A DNA stretch of 64,000 nt from Malacoraja senta (GCA_038087875.1 CM075995.1:3412001-3476000); one strand, 5' to 3'; positions 25,085 to 38,748 are shown, numbered from the stretch's first letter. The notes: generated by a model from the letters alone, not told the origin. Made by a program: numbers and translations.

Positions 25085-27170
25085 GGACGCAGGATCATTT
25101 CATTCCAAAAAGGAAGAAAGATTCTATGGGGAGTAGGAGGCAACCGTGGCTGACAAGAGAAGTTAGGGTTAGAATAAAACTAAAAGAAAAGATGTATAAC
25201 ACAGCAAAGGGTAGCCAGAAGCCAGAGGATTGGGAAACTTTCATAGGACAACAGAAGGAAACAAAACAGGCAATACGGGCTGAAAAAATGAAGTACGAGG
25301 GGAAGCTGGCCAGGAATATAAAGAAGGACAGTAAAAGCTTCTTTAGATATGTTAAGGGAAAAAGAGTAGCAAAGTCAAATGTGGGTCCCTTGAAGGCAGA
25401 TACGGGTGAAATTATTATGGGCAACAAGGAAATGGCAGAAGACTTGAATAGGTACTTCGGATCTGTCTTCACTAAGGAAGACACAAACAATCTCCCAGAT
25501 GTACTGGAGGACAGAGGATCTAAGGGGGTAGAGGAACTGAAAGAAATTTTCATTAGGCGAGAAATAGTATTGGGTAGGCTAATGGGACTGAAGGATGATA
25601 AATCCCCTGGGCCTGATGGTCTGCATCCCAGGGTCCTCAGGGAGGTGGCTCTAGAAATAGTGGACGCATTGGTGATCATTTTCCAATGTTCAGTAGATTC
25701 AGGATCAGTTCCTGTGGATTGGAGGATAGCTAATGTTATCCCACTTTTCAAGAAAGGAGCGAGAGAGAAAACGGGGAATTACAGACCAGTTAGTCTGACT
25801 TCGGTGGTGGGAAAGATGCTGGAGTCAATTATTAAAGAGGTAATAATGGAGCATTTGGATAGCAGTAAAAGGATTAGTCCAAGTCAACATGGATTTATGA
25901 AAGGGAAATCGTGCTTGATTAATCTTCTGGATTTTTTTGAGGATGTGACAAGTAAAATGGATGTAGTGTATCTAGACTTTCAGAAAGCCTTTGATAAGGT
26001 CCCACACGGGAGACTGGTGACTAAAATTAGAGCACATGATATTGGGGGTAGGGTGTTGACATGGATAGAAAATTGGTTGGCAGACCGGAAGCAAAGAGTA
26101 GGAGTGAATGTGTCCTTTTCAGAATGGCAAGCAGTGGCGAGTGGAGTGCCACAAGGCTCGGTGTTGGGGCCGCAACTGTTTACCATATATATTAATGATT
26201 TGGAAGAGGGAATTAGGAGCAACACTAGCAAGTTTGCGGATGACACAAAGCTGGGTGGCAGTGTGAACTGTGACGAGGATGTTAGGAGGTTGCAGGGGGA
26301 CCTGGACAGGTTGAGTGAGTGGGCAGATGCGTGGCAGATGCAGTATAATATAAATAAATGTGAGGTTATCCACTTTGGCGGCAAAAACAAGGGGGCAGAT
26401 TATTATCTCAATGGGGTTAGGTTAGGTAAGGGGGAGGTACAGCAAGACCTGGGTGTCCTTGTACACCGGTCACTGAAAGTTGGCGTGCAGGTACAGCAGG
26501 CAGTGAAGAAAGCTAATGGAATGTTGGCCTTCATAACAAGAGGATTTCAGTATAGAAGTAAAGAGGTTCTTCTGCAGTTGTATAGGGCTCTGGTGAGATC
26601 ACATCTGGAGTATTGTGTACAGTTTTGGTCTCCTAATTTGAAGAAGGACATCCTTGTGATTGAGGCAGTGCAGCGTAGGTTCACGAGATTGATCCCTGGG
26701 ATGGTGGGACTGTCATATGAGGAAAGATTGAAAAGACTAGGCTTGTATTCACTGGAGTTTAGAAGGATGAGGGGGATCTTATAGAAACATATAAAATTAT
26801 AAAAGGACTGGACAAGCTAGATGCAGGAAATTTTTTCCCAATGTTGGGCGAGTCCAGAACCAGGGGCCACAGTCTTAGAATAAAGGTGAGGTCATTTAAG
26901 ACTGAGGTGAGAAAAAACTTTTTCACCCAGAGAGTTGTGAATTTATGGAATTCCCTGCCACAGAGGGCAGTGGAGGCCATATCACTGGAGGAGATTTAAG
27001 AGAGAGTTAGATAGAGCTCTAGGGGCTAGTGGAGTCAAGGGATATGGGGAGAAGGCAGGCACGGGTTATTGATAGGGGACAATCAGCCATGATCACAATG
27101 AATGGCGGTGCTGGCTCGAAGGGCCGAATGGCCTCCTCCTGCACCTATTTTCTATGTTTCTATGTTTCTA
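25085..27170 (+). mobile_element. 5'-truncated CR1 (HER1-like) LINE
   Basis: Continuous ORF2 from the post-endonuclease region through RT, followed by the 3' UTR and a (TTTCTATG)n tail. Confidence 0.95.
25126..26784 (+). pseudogene. CR1 ORF2 reverse transcriptase fragment (552 aa open, defective)
   Basis: KSPGPDG, NYRPVSLTS, YLDFQKAFDKV, GVPQGSVLGP and KFADD motifs. No endonuclease domain, a 5-aa deletion before VVYLDF, and a frameshift at about 26775. Confidence 0.9.
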
Positions 27171-27441
27171 ACCCCGGCATTCCCTCTCTCTCTATCCCTC
27201 CCTCTCCCAAGTCGCATCAGCTTCTCGTTTTCACCCAGCAAATAGCTAACAATGGTCTGTTTCCTTTATTATCGTTACCTTTTTGCATATCTTTCATTCA
27301 TAGAAAATAGAAAATATGTGCAGGAGTAGGCCATTCGGCCCTTCGAGCCTGCACTGCCAATTGCTCTTTATTGCAACTTCATTGCTCTTTATCTCTTTAC
27401 ATCATCGTCTCTATCTCTTATTTCCCTTATCCCTGACTAGT

Positions 27442-27469
27442 CTGAAGAAGGGTCTCGACCCGAAACGTC
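27442..27469 (+). ncRNA. Minimal hammerhead-ribozyme-like core in a PLE pseudo-LTR
   Basis: CTGAAGAAGGGTCTCGACCCGAAACGTC. Confidence 0.6.
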
Positions 27470-28994
27470 ACCCATTCCTTCCCTCCAGAGATGCTGCCTG
27501 TCCCGCTGTTACCCCAGCTTTTTGTGTCTCTCTTTTGCCTCAGTGAACTAGTCAATGATGTGATGTCTTCGCGCTTGGCCTCTGAATGGGGCAGCATGGG
27601 CATTGGAATTGGAATTCTCCACGGAATATGATATAGCTTCAACAGTTCCCTGTTTGCAGTGTTTAGCTTTATTTCAGTGGGTAGCTTGTTGGGGGTAGAG
27701 TACTGTGGTTAGAAATATAAAGGATAATGTTACGCACAGAAACAGACTGGTTTGACTGCAGTGTGCATGGTGATCAGGTGTGTTATGGACTAAAAGGACA
27801 CAAATTGTCGCTGCAAGTCAGCGGGTCAGGCAGCATCACTGGAGAACATTGATAGGTTTAGTTTAGTTTAGAGATGTATCGTGGAAACAGACCCTTCCAC
27901 CCGCGTCGACCGGCGACCTCCGCACAATAACACTATCCTACACACACTAGGGACAAACTTACATTTATACCACGCCAATTAACCTACAAACCTGTACGTC
28001 TTTGGAGTGTGGGAGGAAACCGGAAATCTTGGAGTAAACCCACGCAGGTCACGGCGAGGTTGCACAAACTCCTTGCCGACAACACTCGTGGTCAGGATTG
28101 AACCTGGGTCTCTGATGCTGCAAGGCAGCAACTCTACCGCTGCACTACTGTGCCGCCCTACGGCGATGTTTCATTCTTTTTGTTTCAGGTTCCATGCTCG
28201 GTTTTCGTTGAAAGAGATTTCCGGCCTTACAGCCTCAAAGTGTGAAAGTGTTATTTGCAAGATCTCACTTCTGAGTCAGTCTTCGTGGGGTCGAGTCCCA
28301 CTCTGGGGACGTGAACACAATGTCCTGCAGAACACCCACGGGCTCCGCTGTGGGAAGAGCGCACTGCACCACCTTTTTGTTAAAGAAAAATATAATAAGC
28401 TCCTTTCTGTTCTCTTGGATGAAGAAAAACATCCAGCAGCAATATTCAAGGAAAGGCCAGGGGAGTTAGTATGGCAGTCTGGTCAATGTTTATTCCTCTG
28501 CAAACAACTTAAACAGATGCTCTGGTCGTTATCATATTGCTGTGGGTGGGTTGTTATTGCGCGTAAATTGGCTGCCAGATTTCCCACATCTAGTTTAGTT
28601 TTAGTTTAGCTTATTGTTTAGAGATGCAGCGTGGAAACAGGCCCTTTGGCCCACCGAGTCCGCACTGACCAGCGATCCCTTCACACTAACGCTGTCCTAC
28701 GCACGCCAGGGATAATTTATATTTATACCAAGCCATTTAACCTTCAAACCTGCACTGTTTTGGAGTGTGGGAGGAAACCAGAGCACCCAGAGAAAACCCA
28801 CACAGGTCACGGAGAGAACGTACAAACTCTGTACAGCCAGCACCCGTAATCAGGATAGACCCTGGATCTCTGCTGCTGTAAGGCAAGACAATGGGTGCTC
28901 TGGTTCCCCCCCGCACTCCAAAGACATGCAGGATTGTAGGATAATAAGCTTCTGTAAATATAAATTGTCCCTAGTGTGTAGGATAGTGCTAGTG

Positions 28995-29313
28995 CAGGGG
29001 TCGGGAACTTTGTGCTGCATAGGGGCCAGGACCCATGTCTGTGAGTGGATGGCAGGCCACATCTATCGCCATAGTGTGACACTTAGTGTTGTCTTACGCA
29101 TTAGTTTTCACGTGTTTTCAATTAGTTTTCTGCAGTTCCAACGTCCCTCGCTTGCCCCGGGACTGGCTGTAGCGCCCAGGTCACCTGCGTGCCCCGGGAC
29201 TTGCTGCAGTTCCCAGGTCGCGAAAACAAATTGAAAAATAATACGCCTGCGGGCCGGATGATTTCGGGTTACGGGCCGGATTCGGCCCGTGGGCCGTAAG
29301 TTGCCGACCCCTG
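28995..29313. mobile_element. hAT-type MITE nested in a SINE
   Basis: TIRs CAGGGGTCGGGAAC / GTTGCCGACCCCTG; perfect 8-bp TSD TGCTAGTG at 28987-28994 and 29314-29321. Confidence 0.85.
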
Positions 29314-29779
29314 TGCTAGTGTGTGGGATGAATGTGGTCAGTGCGGACTCGGTGAGATACTGCATGGAAGCAGGCCCTTCGGCCCTCCGAGTCCGCACCG
29401 ACCAGTGTTCCCCGCACATTAACACTATCCTACACACACTAGGGACAATTTACATTTATGCCAAGTCAATTAATCTACAGACCTGTATGTCTTTGGAGTG
29501 TGGGAGGAAACTGAAGACCTCGGAGAAAGGTCATGGGGAGAACGTACAGATAGCATCCATAATCAAGATGGAACCCAGGTCTCTGGCACTGTGAGGCAGT
29601 AGCTCTACCGTTGCGCCACCGTGCTGCCCGTTGAGATGTATTTCAAGAATACATCTTAGACTGCGTATTGTATCAGAGAAATCTGAAATCCCAAAAGGTC
29701 TTATGTACATCTAGAGCTTCCTTTCTTTCATGTACACTAACTCTTCCTCATTCATCCCAGCCTCCATTACCAATCAGTC

Positions 29780-30660
29780 TGAGGAAGTAGTTGAGGCAAG
29801 AACAATAACGACATTTAAAAGTGGGACTAACTTGGATGGCAAGTCTGAGTATAGAAGTTGGGAGGTCATGTTGCAGTTATATTAGACCTTGGTGAGGCCG
29901 CATTTAGAGTATTATGTCTGGTCAGAGACAAAGCGGCAGCACCGTAAGGAGAGAGAGAAGGGGGCTCGACGACTACCAGTCTCCGCCAGTCTCCACTGCC
30001 CAAGTTGCACCAAGGTATGTGGATCGCGGATCGGCCTCTACAGACATCTGCAGACCCACAAGTAGACGACCCTATGGAGAGGAGAGGACAGTCATAGTTG
30101 TTTCGAGTGACCGCCGATGATGATGACTGACCATGTTAGAGGAAAGATGTTGTCGAGCTGGAAAGGGTGCTGAGAAGATTTACAAGGATGTTGCCAGGAC
30201 TCGAGGGCCTGAGCTATTGGGAGATTTTGAGCAGGCTAGGACTCAATTCCTTGATGAGCAAGAGGTTGAGGGGTGTTCTTATAAAGCTATACAAAATTAT
30301 GAGAAGAATAGATCAGATAGAGGCAACGAGCCTCTTGCCCAAAGTGGGGGAATCAAGAACCAGAGGACATAGGTTTAAGATGAGGGGGGAAAGATTTAAT
30401 ATGAACCTGAGGGGTAACATTTTCACACAGAGGGTGATGGGTGTATGGAACGAGCTGCCGGAGGAGGATGTTGAGGCAGGTAATATTGCAACGTTTCAAA
30501 AACATATGGACAGGTACATGGATAGGACAGGTTTAGAGAGATATGGGCCAAATGCAGGCAGGTGGGACTAGTTTAGGTGGGATATGTTGGTCTGTGTGGG
30601 CAAGTTGGGACAAAGGGCCTGTTTCGGTGTGGCATGACTCGATAACTCATTGACTCTACA
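29780..30660 (+). mobile_element. CR1 3' fragment interrupted by an RTE 3' end
   Basis: LVRPHLEY...LRRFTRMLPGLEGLSY...GESRTRGHRFKMRG...VWNELPE. Confidence 0.85.
29919..30129 (+). mobile_element. RTE-clade LINE 3' end
   Basis: Translates ETKRQHRKEREK...HCPSCTKVCGSRIGLYRHLQTHK*, the C2H2-like RTE C-terminus; (TGA)n tail. Confidence 0.8.
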
Positions 30661-30792
30661 TTTCCTGTTTTACATAAATTGCAGTTTAGTTTAGTTTAGT
30701 TTTGTTTAGTTCAGTATTGTTTAGAAATAGAGTGCGGATACAGGCCCTTCTGCCCACCGAGTCAGTGCCAACCAGTGATCCTTGAACACTAA

Positions 30793-31137
30793 AGTACCTG
30801 TCCCACTTACGCGACATTTTCGGCGACTGCTGGCACCCGTCATAGGTCGTTGCAGGTCGGTGAAAATTTTCAACATTGTGAAAATCCAGCGGCCACCAGA
30901 AAGACGCTGCGACTCTTTGGGCGACTGAGGAGAGAGACTACTCATGACCATACAGGCGACACCCTGGCGACATGTCGCGGGGTGAAGCTTGTATGGTCGT
31001 GAGTAGTCGCCCAAAGAGTCGTACCTTGTTCTGGTTGCCGCTGGATTTTCAACATGTTGAAAAATTTCGCCGACCTGTAACGACCTATGACGGGTGCCGG
31101 CAGTCGCCAAAAAAGTCACGTAAGTGGGACAGGCCCT
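30793..31137. mobile_element. PIF/Harbinger-type MITE nested in a SINE (host about 30683-31368, minus strand)
   Basis: TIRs CCTGTCCCACTTACG / CGTAAGTGGGACAGG; TAA duplicated at 30790-30792 and 31138-31140. Confidence 0.85.
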
Positions 31138-31819
31138 TAACACTGCCCTACACAGACTAGGGACAATTTACAATTTTACCAAGCCAAATAACCTACAAAC
31201 CTGGACGTCTTTGGAGTGTGGGAGGAAACCGGAGCTCCTGAAGAAAATCCACATGGTCACGGGGAGAACATACAAACTCCATACGGACAAGCACCCGTGG
31301 TCAGGATCGAACCCGGGTTTCTGGCACTGTAAGGCGGCAACTATACTGCTGCGCCACCGTGCTGCCCTTGTCTTGTTGGAAAATGTGTCGTCTGAACGTT
31401 TAACATCATTCCACTGTAACTAAGACATACAAACTTCAAACAAAAAAGTTAGCCGGGAAGTACACGGAGTGTATCACAGTCCTTGTTCTAGATGTGTATT
31501 AAGTAGACTTTGATTATTCAATCATGACGTCTCCTGAAGCAGTAGTTGCCAAGCTTTGAAACATGTAAGCCGTCTTTCTTCTTACACACTAATTACAATG
31601 TAATCATTAATTCACTGATGAATAGAATTATTGGAGCAGCTACTATACTTTCTTTTCTGATTAATTGGCAAAAACCTAAAACCACTTGCAAAAGAGCGTA
31701 ACTGGGATCAAACATCATTAGACGGAATGAAAGAAGGTATGTATAGCACGCTGAGAAATCCATTCTCTAGTTCACTCTCCAATAAAAGTGAACCGATGGA
31801 CTTTGAAGTGGAGTCAGAT

Positions 31820-33011
31820 CCGAACCGCTCCACAGAGGATGCAATCTCCTCTGCAGTCCACCTGAGCCTACAACACCTGGAGGAGAAGAATACCCAAGTG
31901 CGGATGCTGTTTGTTGATTTCAGCTCAGCATTTAACACGATAATCCCCCAGCATCTGGTGAGCAAACTGGCACCCCTAGGTTTCAATACCATACTATGCA
32001 ACTGGATCCTGGATTTCCTTTCCGAAAGACCCCAGTCTGTGCGGGTGGGGAAGAACACCTCCTCTGTCATCAAACTGAGCACCGGCTCCCCTCAGGGCTG
32101 TGTCCTGAGTCCGCTGCTCTTTACATTGATGACACATGACTGTGTCGCCAGGTCCACCACTAACCATATCATCAAATACGCGGATGACACAACAGTAGTG
32201 GGCCTCATCCGCAATAACGACGACCAGGCATATAGAGAGGAGGTGGAACAGCTGGTGAGCTGGTGCAGCAGGAACAACCTTCTCCTAAATGGCAACAAAA
32301 CCAAGGAGATTGTAGTCGATTTCAGAAGGAAAATTCAGCCCAGTCACACTCCACTTTGCATCAACAACTCAGCAGTGGAGCAGGTGAAAAGCATCAAGTT
32401 CCTGGGGGTGCATATAACGGACACCTTAAACTGGTCCACAAACATTACATCTCTGGCAAAACGGGCACATCAGCGGTTGTACTTCCTCCACAGGTTGAGA
32501 AGTTTACACCTCCACCCTCCCATCCTCGCCACTTTCTACAGAAGCACAATTGAGTCGGTCATGACCGGCTGTATCTCTACGTGGTGCGGCAGCTGTACAG
32601 CTGCAGACTGGAAGTGCCTTCAGAGAGTGGTGAGGACAGCGGAAAAAATCATTGGGACTTCTCTTCCTTCCATCATGGACATGGGGTACAAGCGCTGTCT
32701 GAGTAGAGCTAAGGGCATTACCAAAGCCCCCACACACCCACAATTTGGACTGTTTATACTGCTTAACTCTGGGAGGAGGTACCGCAGCATGAAGAGCGGG
32801 ACAACCAGGTTCTGCAACAGCTTCATCCCCCAGGCCATAAGATTATTGAACAATCAATTAAACCGAGGCTAGAACTTTTTAAATATCGACACTTCTAAAA
32901 AAAATTAAAAAAAAACTGGAGAGTCAAATGCAACGAAATTTCGTTCTAGGTGCACTGTGTATAGGTGTATATCTGAATGACAATAACGTTTTCATTCATT
33001 CATTCATTCAT
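31820..33011 (+). mobile_element. Young 5'-truncated Rex1/Babar LINE with an RT ORF open to 32872
   Basis: [43 protein letters not shown] and SGRRYRS with no stops; 3' UTR and (CATT)n tail. Confidence 0.93.
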
Positions 33012-33221
33012 AGTGGAGATAACAAACTGAATAGGAAGGCTTATCACGGCGAGAGAAAAGATGTGAACTGCATGGGAAATAGCAAGCGCTGCTTGCGATT
33101 ACGATTGACTACATCGGACAATATTCACCATGCCTGTCTGCAGAGTCCTAATCGTTCGGGCGTGGGGGAACCGGCGAGAACAAACGGAGGAGACCACAAA
33201 CAGAATGTGTTAAAATTGTCA

Positions 33222-33421
33222 NNNNNNNNNNNNNNNNNNNNNNNNNNNNNNNNNNNNNNNNNNNNNNNNNNNNNNNNNNNNNNNNNNNNNNNNNNNNNNN
33301 NNNNNNNNNNNNNNNNNNNNNNNNNNNNNNNNNNNNNNNNNNNNNNNNNNNNNNNNNNNNNNNNNNNNNNNNNNNNNNNNNNNNNNNNNNNNNNNNNNNN
33401 NNNNNNNNNNNNNNNNNNNNN
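33222..33421. other. Assembly gap (200 N)
   Basis: Run of 200 N. Confidence 1.
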
Positions 33422-33703
33422 GCGCACTAACACTATCCTGCACACACTAGGGACAATTTATATTTATAGAAGGCCAATTAACTCAACAAACCTGTACATC
33501 TTTGGAGTGTGGAGGAAACCGAAGATCTCGGAGAAAACCCACGCAGGTCACAGGAGAACGTACAAACTCCGTACAGACAGCACGCGCAGTCGGGATCGAA
33601 CCTGTGTCTCTGGCGCTGAAAGCGCTGTAAAGCAGCAACTCTACCGCTGCGCCACTGAGCCGCCATAGTAAATATGGTAAGACCAATATATTCAGGTGAT
33701 CAA

Positions 33704-33939
33704 AAAATAGTAAGGTTAAACGAGAACTTACCAATTTGAAGTTTGATCTTTATTTTATGAGGAGTTACGTTGGTGATTACGTGAAGAAGTCCCGCCTGTG
33801 CGCATGCGCGTCAATCTTCAAAGCAGCGGTATGAAATCGCAGATAACAGAATATTTGAAGTAACATAGTAAGATCAGCAACATGAGAACTACCATATGAC
33901 CTTTATGAGAGAGAGGGTTGGGCGTGGTGGGCACGTAAT
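33704..33939 (-). mobile_element. DIRS right terminus (element A type)
   Basis: Reverse complement of the DIRS right end seen at 60690-60916. It contains a 34-nt ITR core identical to 55807-55840. Confidence 0.85.
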
Positions 33940-36900
33940 TGGATGGTTGCCCGAGTCACGGGCTGAACCAGCAATTCTATGTTAGAAATAACCATATTTC
34001 TATTATCATTCCCAACATCATCGGGAATCATGGCTGCATAGGCCAGTCACTACAAAAAATGGCTGAAGCGAGATTTTGCTGAATTTTTTGCAAGACCCGA
34101 CTGATGAGGCAAAATGGAGGAAGACGTTCCTCCCCAGTGTAGCGAGAATACATCTATCACCACTGCCATGCCACATATTTCACCAACATCCATTCTGTTT
34201 TGACATTGATTTTACGTGATGATACACCAGTGCCAAATGAGGTTAGGTAAACTATCACCGGATACTTTGACTTGATTGCACCCATGTGATTAACATATGA
34301 TTAACATATGACACCACCAAAGTGTATCAACTTGGACTTGAGCATGCAGATTATGCATATTCGCACAAAAACCTTTAACCCATAGAATGCACCTAGCGTC
34401 TATAGGTAGTTGATACCATATAACTGAAGAATTGGTAACTCATGCAAATCCCATCACCTCCGTAACTAGAGATGGTATTAGTAATTCCCCATCTTTGAAA
34501 CACTAGCATCAGTTTGTAATATAACTGAAGATTTACTGACGAAAAGTTAGTGGAGCAATGCTGAATACTGTTCGTCCACCATAGTGACTTTCATGGAGTT
34601 AAATAACGAGACCTACTTACCAGCGTCTCTAACTCCAGGTCCCTTACCTTTGCTGGAGTTCCAGTGAAATTTCATTCGCAGACTCTGTCCATGTTGTCAT
34701 TTCCATTAGATCGCTGATGCTGCACCAACTTCTCTTGTAGTGGCTAGTCTGTCTCCGACGGAGCAGCAATTTTAGAGGCAAAGCACACCGCTTTCCCTCA
34801 TGCGATTGTCGTGCATTATGCATTAAGCATGGGACCGCGGCACATAGTCATATTCGGGTTCCTGTTTGGAGTTAATCCATACTAACCTTAGACACTCTTT
34901 TTAGAGTGGGAGTAATTGCACCTGAACCAGGTGTCACCATCCGTATCCTCAATTTGTCTGTGCATGCCTCTGTACCAAACATGTTTTGCAACACCATCTC
35001 CCATGGTCTTATAATATATATGGCTCCATCTTCATCCTTTATACATCCGAATGGGAGGACCTATGCAACCTGAACCAGGGGCTGCCTCAACCATCTTCAT
35101 TCTTCATACATCCGAATGGGAGGACTTATGTAACCTGAACCAGGAGCTGCCTCAGGCAAGTGTGCATGTATTTTAGCACCATCTCCATCACTGCATTCAA
35201 CCTAATGGGAGGAATGGCAACCCTGAACCAGGCGTTGCTTCAGGCTCATGTGCATACTCCTGTAGCACTCTCTTTACCACTCCGTCATTTGAGTGGGAGG
35301 AAATTTGCAACCCTGAACCAGGAGCTGCTGCCTGACATGCCTTAAGATGGAGCGTTCTTTGACTGCGACAAGTCGCAATCTTGTCTGACATAGATGCCCA
35401 AGACTTGGCACTCACTTTGAGTTGGGATTGTCAGGTTGCTTCCTTCAGCAGCCACCAGGACTAGCTGTGCAAATCGATGCTCTGTTGGTATCCTCATTTC
35501 CCAAACAGGCTGCACTTGCTGGTGACTCCGAATCCTGCTCCTTTCCAATGCCAATGCAGTATACAGGGAAGGACTGGAGCGCCTCTGGCCCCCGTACGTC
35601 AGACATAGTGGGAGAAATGCTGGAACAAAAACCTGCCAGTTATTTGTCATGGGCAAAGACATTTACATGAATGAAGACGCCCATCCCAGTTAAATCAGAG
35701 ATTTGATTACTTTATTGATATGAATAAAGTCGGCGTCTTGGGGAAGAAACTTCCACAGTCCCTTTAATGAGCGGAATTACCATGACGCCACCATGTGTAG
35801 CTCGCACAGGTGACTGACAGATATAGCTCAACAAGGCTTTCCAAGCCAGGGATCTAGACCGCCATGGCAGGTCCGATTCTACTACACAATGTATTGGTGT
35901 AAGTGATAATAAAATTTCTCTCTTGGTTATGATAGTCACAACGTGACCTAGTGGCAACTATATAAATGCCCACCCTGTATAGCCATACTTTAAAAGAATA
36001 CACTATAACTAGTCCACACAACCCATGTTTCGGAAACCCAGACTCACGTACCTGCATAGTTACTGGTGGTCTTGAGGTAAGCCCAAAGGCCCCTGATGTA
36101 GGTTCCATTCCCGTCCTTGATTTGGAGGGTAGAACTGCCTGGGTGCGTGGATAGTATATTTTCCCTGAAGGCCAGCTTGGGCCTGGGCCTGAAGACCTCT
36201 GCCCACAGAATCAGTTTTCTGGCTGCTACCAGCTTTAGAGAAATGCTACTGCCATTGGAGACGTAAGGGTGATATTGCCGCTAGTAACGTGAGGGGAACT
36301 CAGGTCCCCCCCCCCCCCCCCCCCGGGTATTCTGGAATCTTATTCATAAATGTAGAATGTGCCCTGGACACACTTTCCGGGGTTGGGGTCAGTCACACAC
36401 TGACCCCTTGCACTCTCTCCACTGAGGGGAGATTAGTAAGCAGCCCTGAAAACAGGCGCTGCCGTAGTCCCCCGAGGACCTGCGCTGATATGGCCCTGAT
36501 TCGTGGATGGGTTAAACCCATATCAGGATGGGTTAAACGCCCGAGGACGTACCCTTAAATGATGGAGGGGAACCCTCCTGGCCGGGCTCGTCCAGCCTAG
36601 GCCTCTCCGACTCCGTATGGTTGCCCTCCTTTTGGGCTGCCGAAGTCGGGGTCGCTGACCGCACTGCCAGCGAGTTGGGTAGCGAACCCGACGGCCACCG
36701 GCTACTCGCTCTCGCACCGGCTACCGTAGCCGGCATCACCCGCAGTCTGAAGTACCCCGCAGCCCGAATAATAAAGCCCTCGGGAGTCGCTGACCACACT
36801 GTCAGCGACTCGAGCAGGAAACCCGACGGCCACCCGCTATCCGCTCTTCCGCGGTCCGTAGCCGTCATCCCCGCGGTCCAATTGGTTTCCCCGCGGTCTG

Positions 36901-37132
36901 ACCGGGTTTCGCCCGTATGCAATATCCAACAGGAAACTCTGCGAGAAGAGATTCCTGCAACAAAGGACAACCTGAGAAGTAAGTTCGAAACTTACCTGGA
37001 GGATTTGAAACTTACCGCTGAAGGAACAGCGCGCCTGCCAGCCAGTCGTTGCGCCATGCGTTAGACGTAATGACGCGCATGCGGGCTGGCGGATTCTTCG
37101 CGTAGTCACTCACGTGACTCCGAAGTAAAATA
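33940..37132 (-). mobile_element. DIRS retrotransposon 5' part (element B): left ITR, leader, decayed gag/pol
   Basis: Left end rc TATTTTACTTCGGAGTCACGTGAGTGACTAC. A decayed RNase H-like motif (QVD..., YVNHMGAIKSK) lies at about 34265-34345 and internal tandem repeats at about 34915-35345. Confidence 0.8.
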
Positions 37133-37938
37133 TGTTATGAAAATGTAAGTAAAAACATAGTGGAAGTATAATACAATGTAGAAATAGAATGCAGCAATTT
37201 CACAACAAACTGATCTACACTGTGGTTTGAGGAAACAGCTGAGAGTGGGGCTGTATCTGCACTAATTTTTTTTTTCAAATGAGACCCATTTACGTAGGTT
37301 CTTTTCATTGTGTTTGTTCCTTTCAGGTTAGCAACCTTATCTCCCGCTTGCAGCCCTTCCCTTCTATAGACACCTGCTGTCTTCTAAAAAAGACACCTGG
37401 ATATCTGGCCCACATCCTCTCATAAATATATATTACAATGGTTGCAGTTATTAAAAAGGAAATTGCCCTTTGCCCCACAGTGATGTATGCTCCATCGGTC
37501 TCCACAGTGCCGTGATCATTCATCGTTCAACCTCTCTGCTCTCGATAAGCTAACTGTGACCTTAAGTGACAATGTGACAAATTTCCTTTTTTGTTAGTGC
37601 GGCTGCCCTGGTTATTTACCAACCCTTTGTCCTTCCTCATTAACCCACATGCGCCACTGTCCACCCTGATGAGCTACGCATTAACAATTGAAATACTACA
37701 AATTCTGACCATTTGCTGAGCAGGCACCACACTTACTTAGCATTAAATGTGGAATATTTAAGGTTTGAGTGCAACGATGGCAAACCGCAGGTTTCTAGGT
37801 TTCAGTAATGTCACCAACAAGCAAGCTGGATTTGTTTTAATCGTTATTAAGGTAATGCACCCCTTTAGTCTAATGTCACCAAAGAAGAGAAGGTTTTTGT
37901 CGGCGTTCAATGGCTCCAGCAGAAATTGTCAGGATTTT

Positions 37939-38748
37939 ACATATACATCAATGTTCATTAAATGCCAGACACTCTTTAATACAATTTAAAGTACTACATA
38001 GATTACATTATTCTAAAACAAAACTAAACAGAATCTTCCCACATATCTCCCCTATCTGTGATAAATGCCAACATTTAGAGGCTAACCTAACTCACACATT
38101 CGCGAATTGTATAAAAATCAAAACATTTTGGACAGACATTTTTAGAATAATATCTATAGTTGTCAACACTCAATTGGATCCTGATTTAAAATTAATAATA
38201 CTAGTAATATCAGAACAAAGTCTAACACTTACAACAACCCAAAGAAACTTCATCGACTATAGTATAATAACTGGAAAAAAATTAATATTAAAATTTTGGA
38301 AAGATCCTATAACCCCCACAATTAAAATGTGGATTATGGAAATGTCGGAGACCTTACATTTGGAAAGAATCAGAATTGTCTTAATGGACAAACAAGAACT
38401 TTTTATCAGAACATGGTCTCCATTTATTGACTATTTGAAGGGACAGACTGGTTCGGCACGAGAACCTGACTGAAACTCGAATTAAGGATTAGATGAAAAG
38501 TTATATTTTAAAATTTACGAATATATCTCCAATGTTGTACTTTTAGTAATTTACTCCATTCTTCTTTATCATGTTTTTTCCCCTTCTTTCTTTTATTCTC
38601 TTATTTTCTACCTATATAAAAAAAAATTAAAAAATACTAGAAGCAGAGTTAATATCAATCGATAATATTGGTAATGTAGGAATAATATACATGAAATGTT
38701 TTCAATATGATATGTACCTACCTCTAATAAAAATATTATTAAAAAAAA
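37939..38748 (+). mobile_element. L1-clade LINE 3' fragment with TSD
   Basis: ORF HQCSLNARHSLIQFKVLHRLHYS...CDKC...HTFANC..IKTFW (L1 cysteine-rich domain), AATAAA and an A tail; 18-bp TSD AGAAATTGTCAGGATTTT at 37921-37938 and 38749-38766. Confidence 0.9.

Noticed and set aside
25095..26390. Antisense ORFs over CR1 copies (also 10360-11172 and 17044-17469)
   Set aside because: Shadow frames of the CR1 RT with no independent evidence of coding function.
28007..28609. 200-aa ORF with a possible splice acceptor at about 28188
   Set aside because: The N-terminus is antisense SINE, the rest resembles no protein I recognise, and there is no convincing donor.
31727..32872. 381-aa ORF as a host or domesticated RT gene
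   Set aside because: Rex1 homology starts at about 31820 mid-domain; the upstream 31 codons look like flanking DNA in frame by chance, and a normal LINE tail follows.
32928..33668. ORFs spanning the N run
   Set aside because: Artefacts of the assembly gap.
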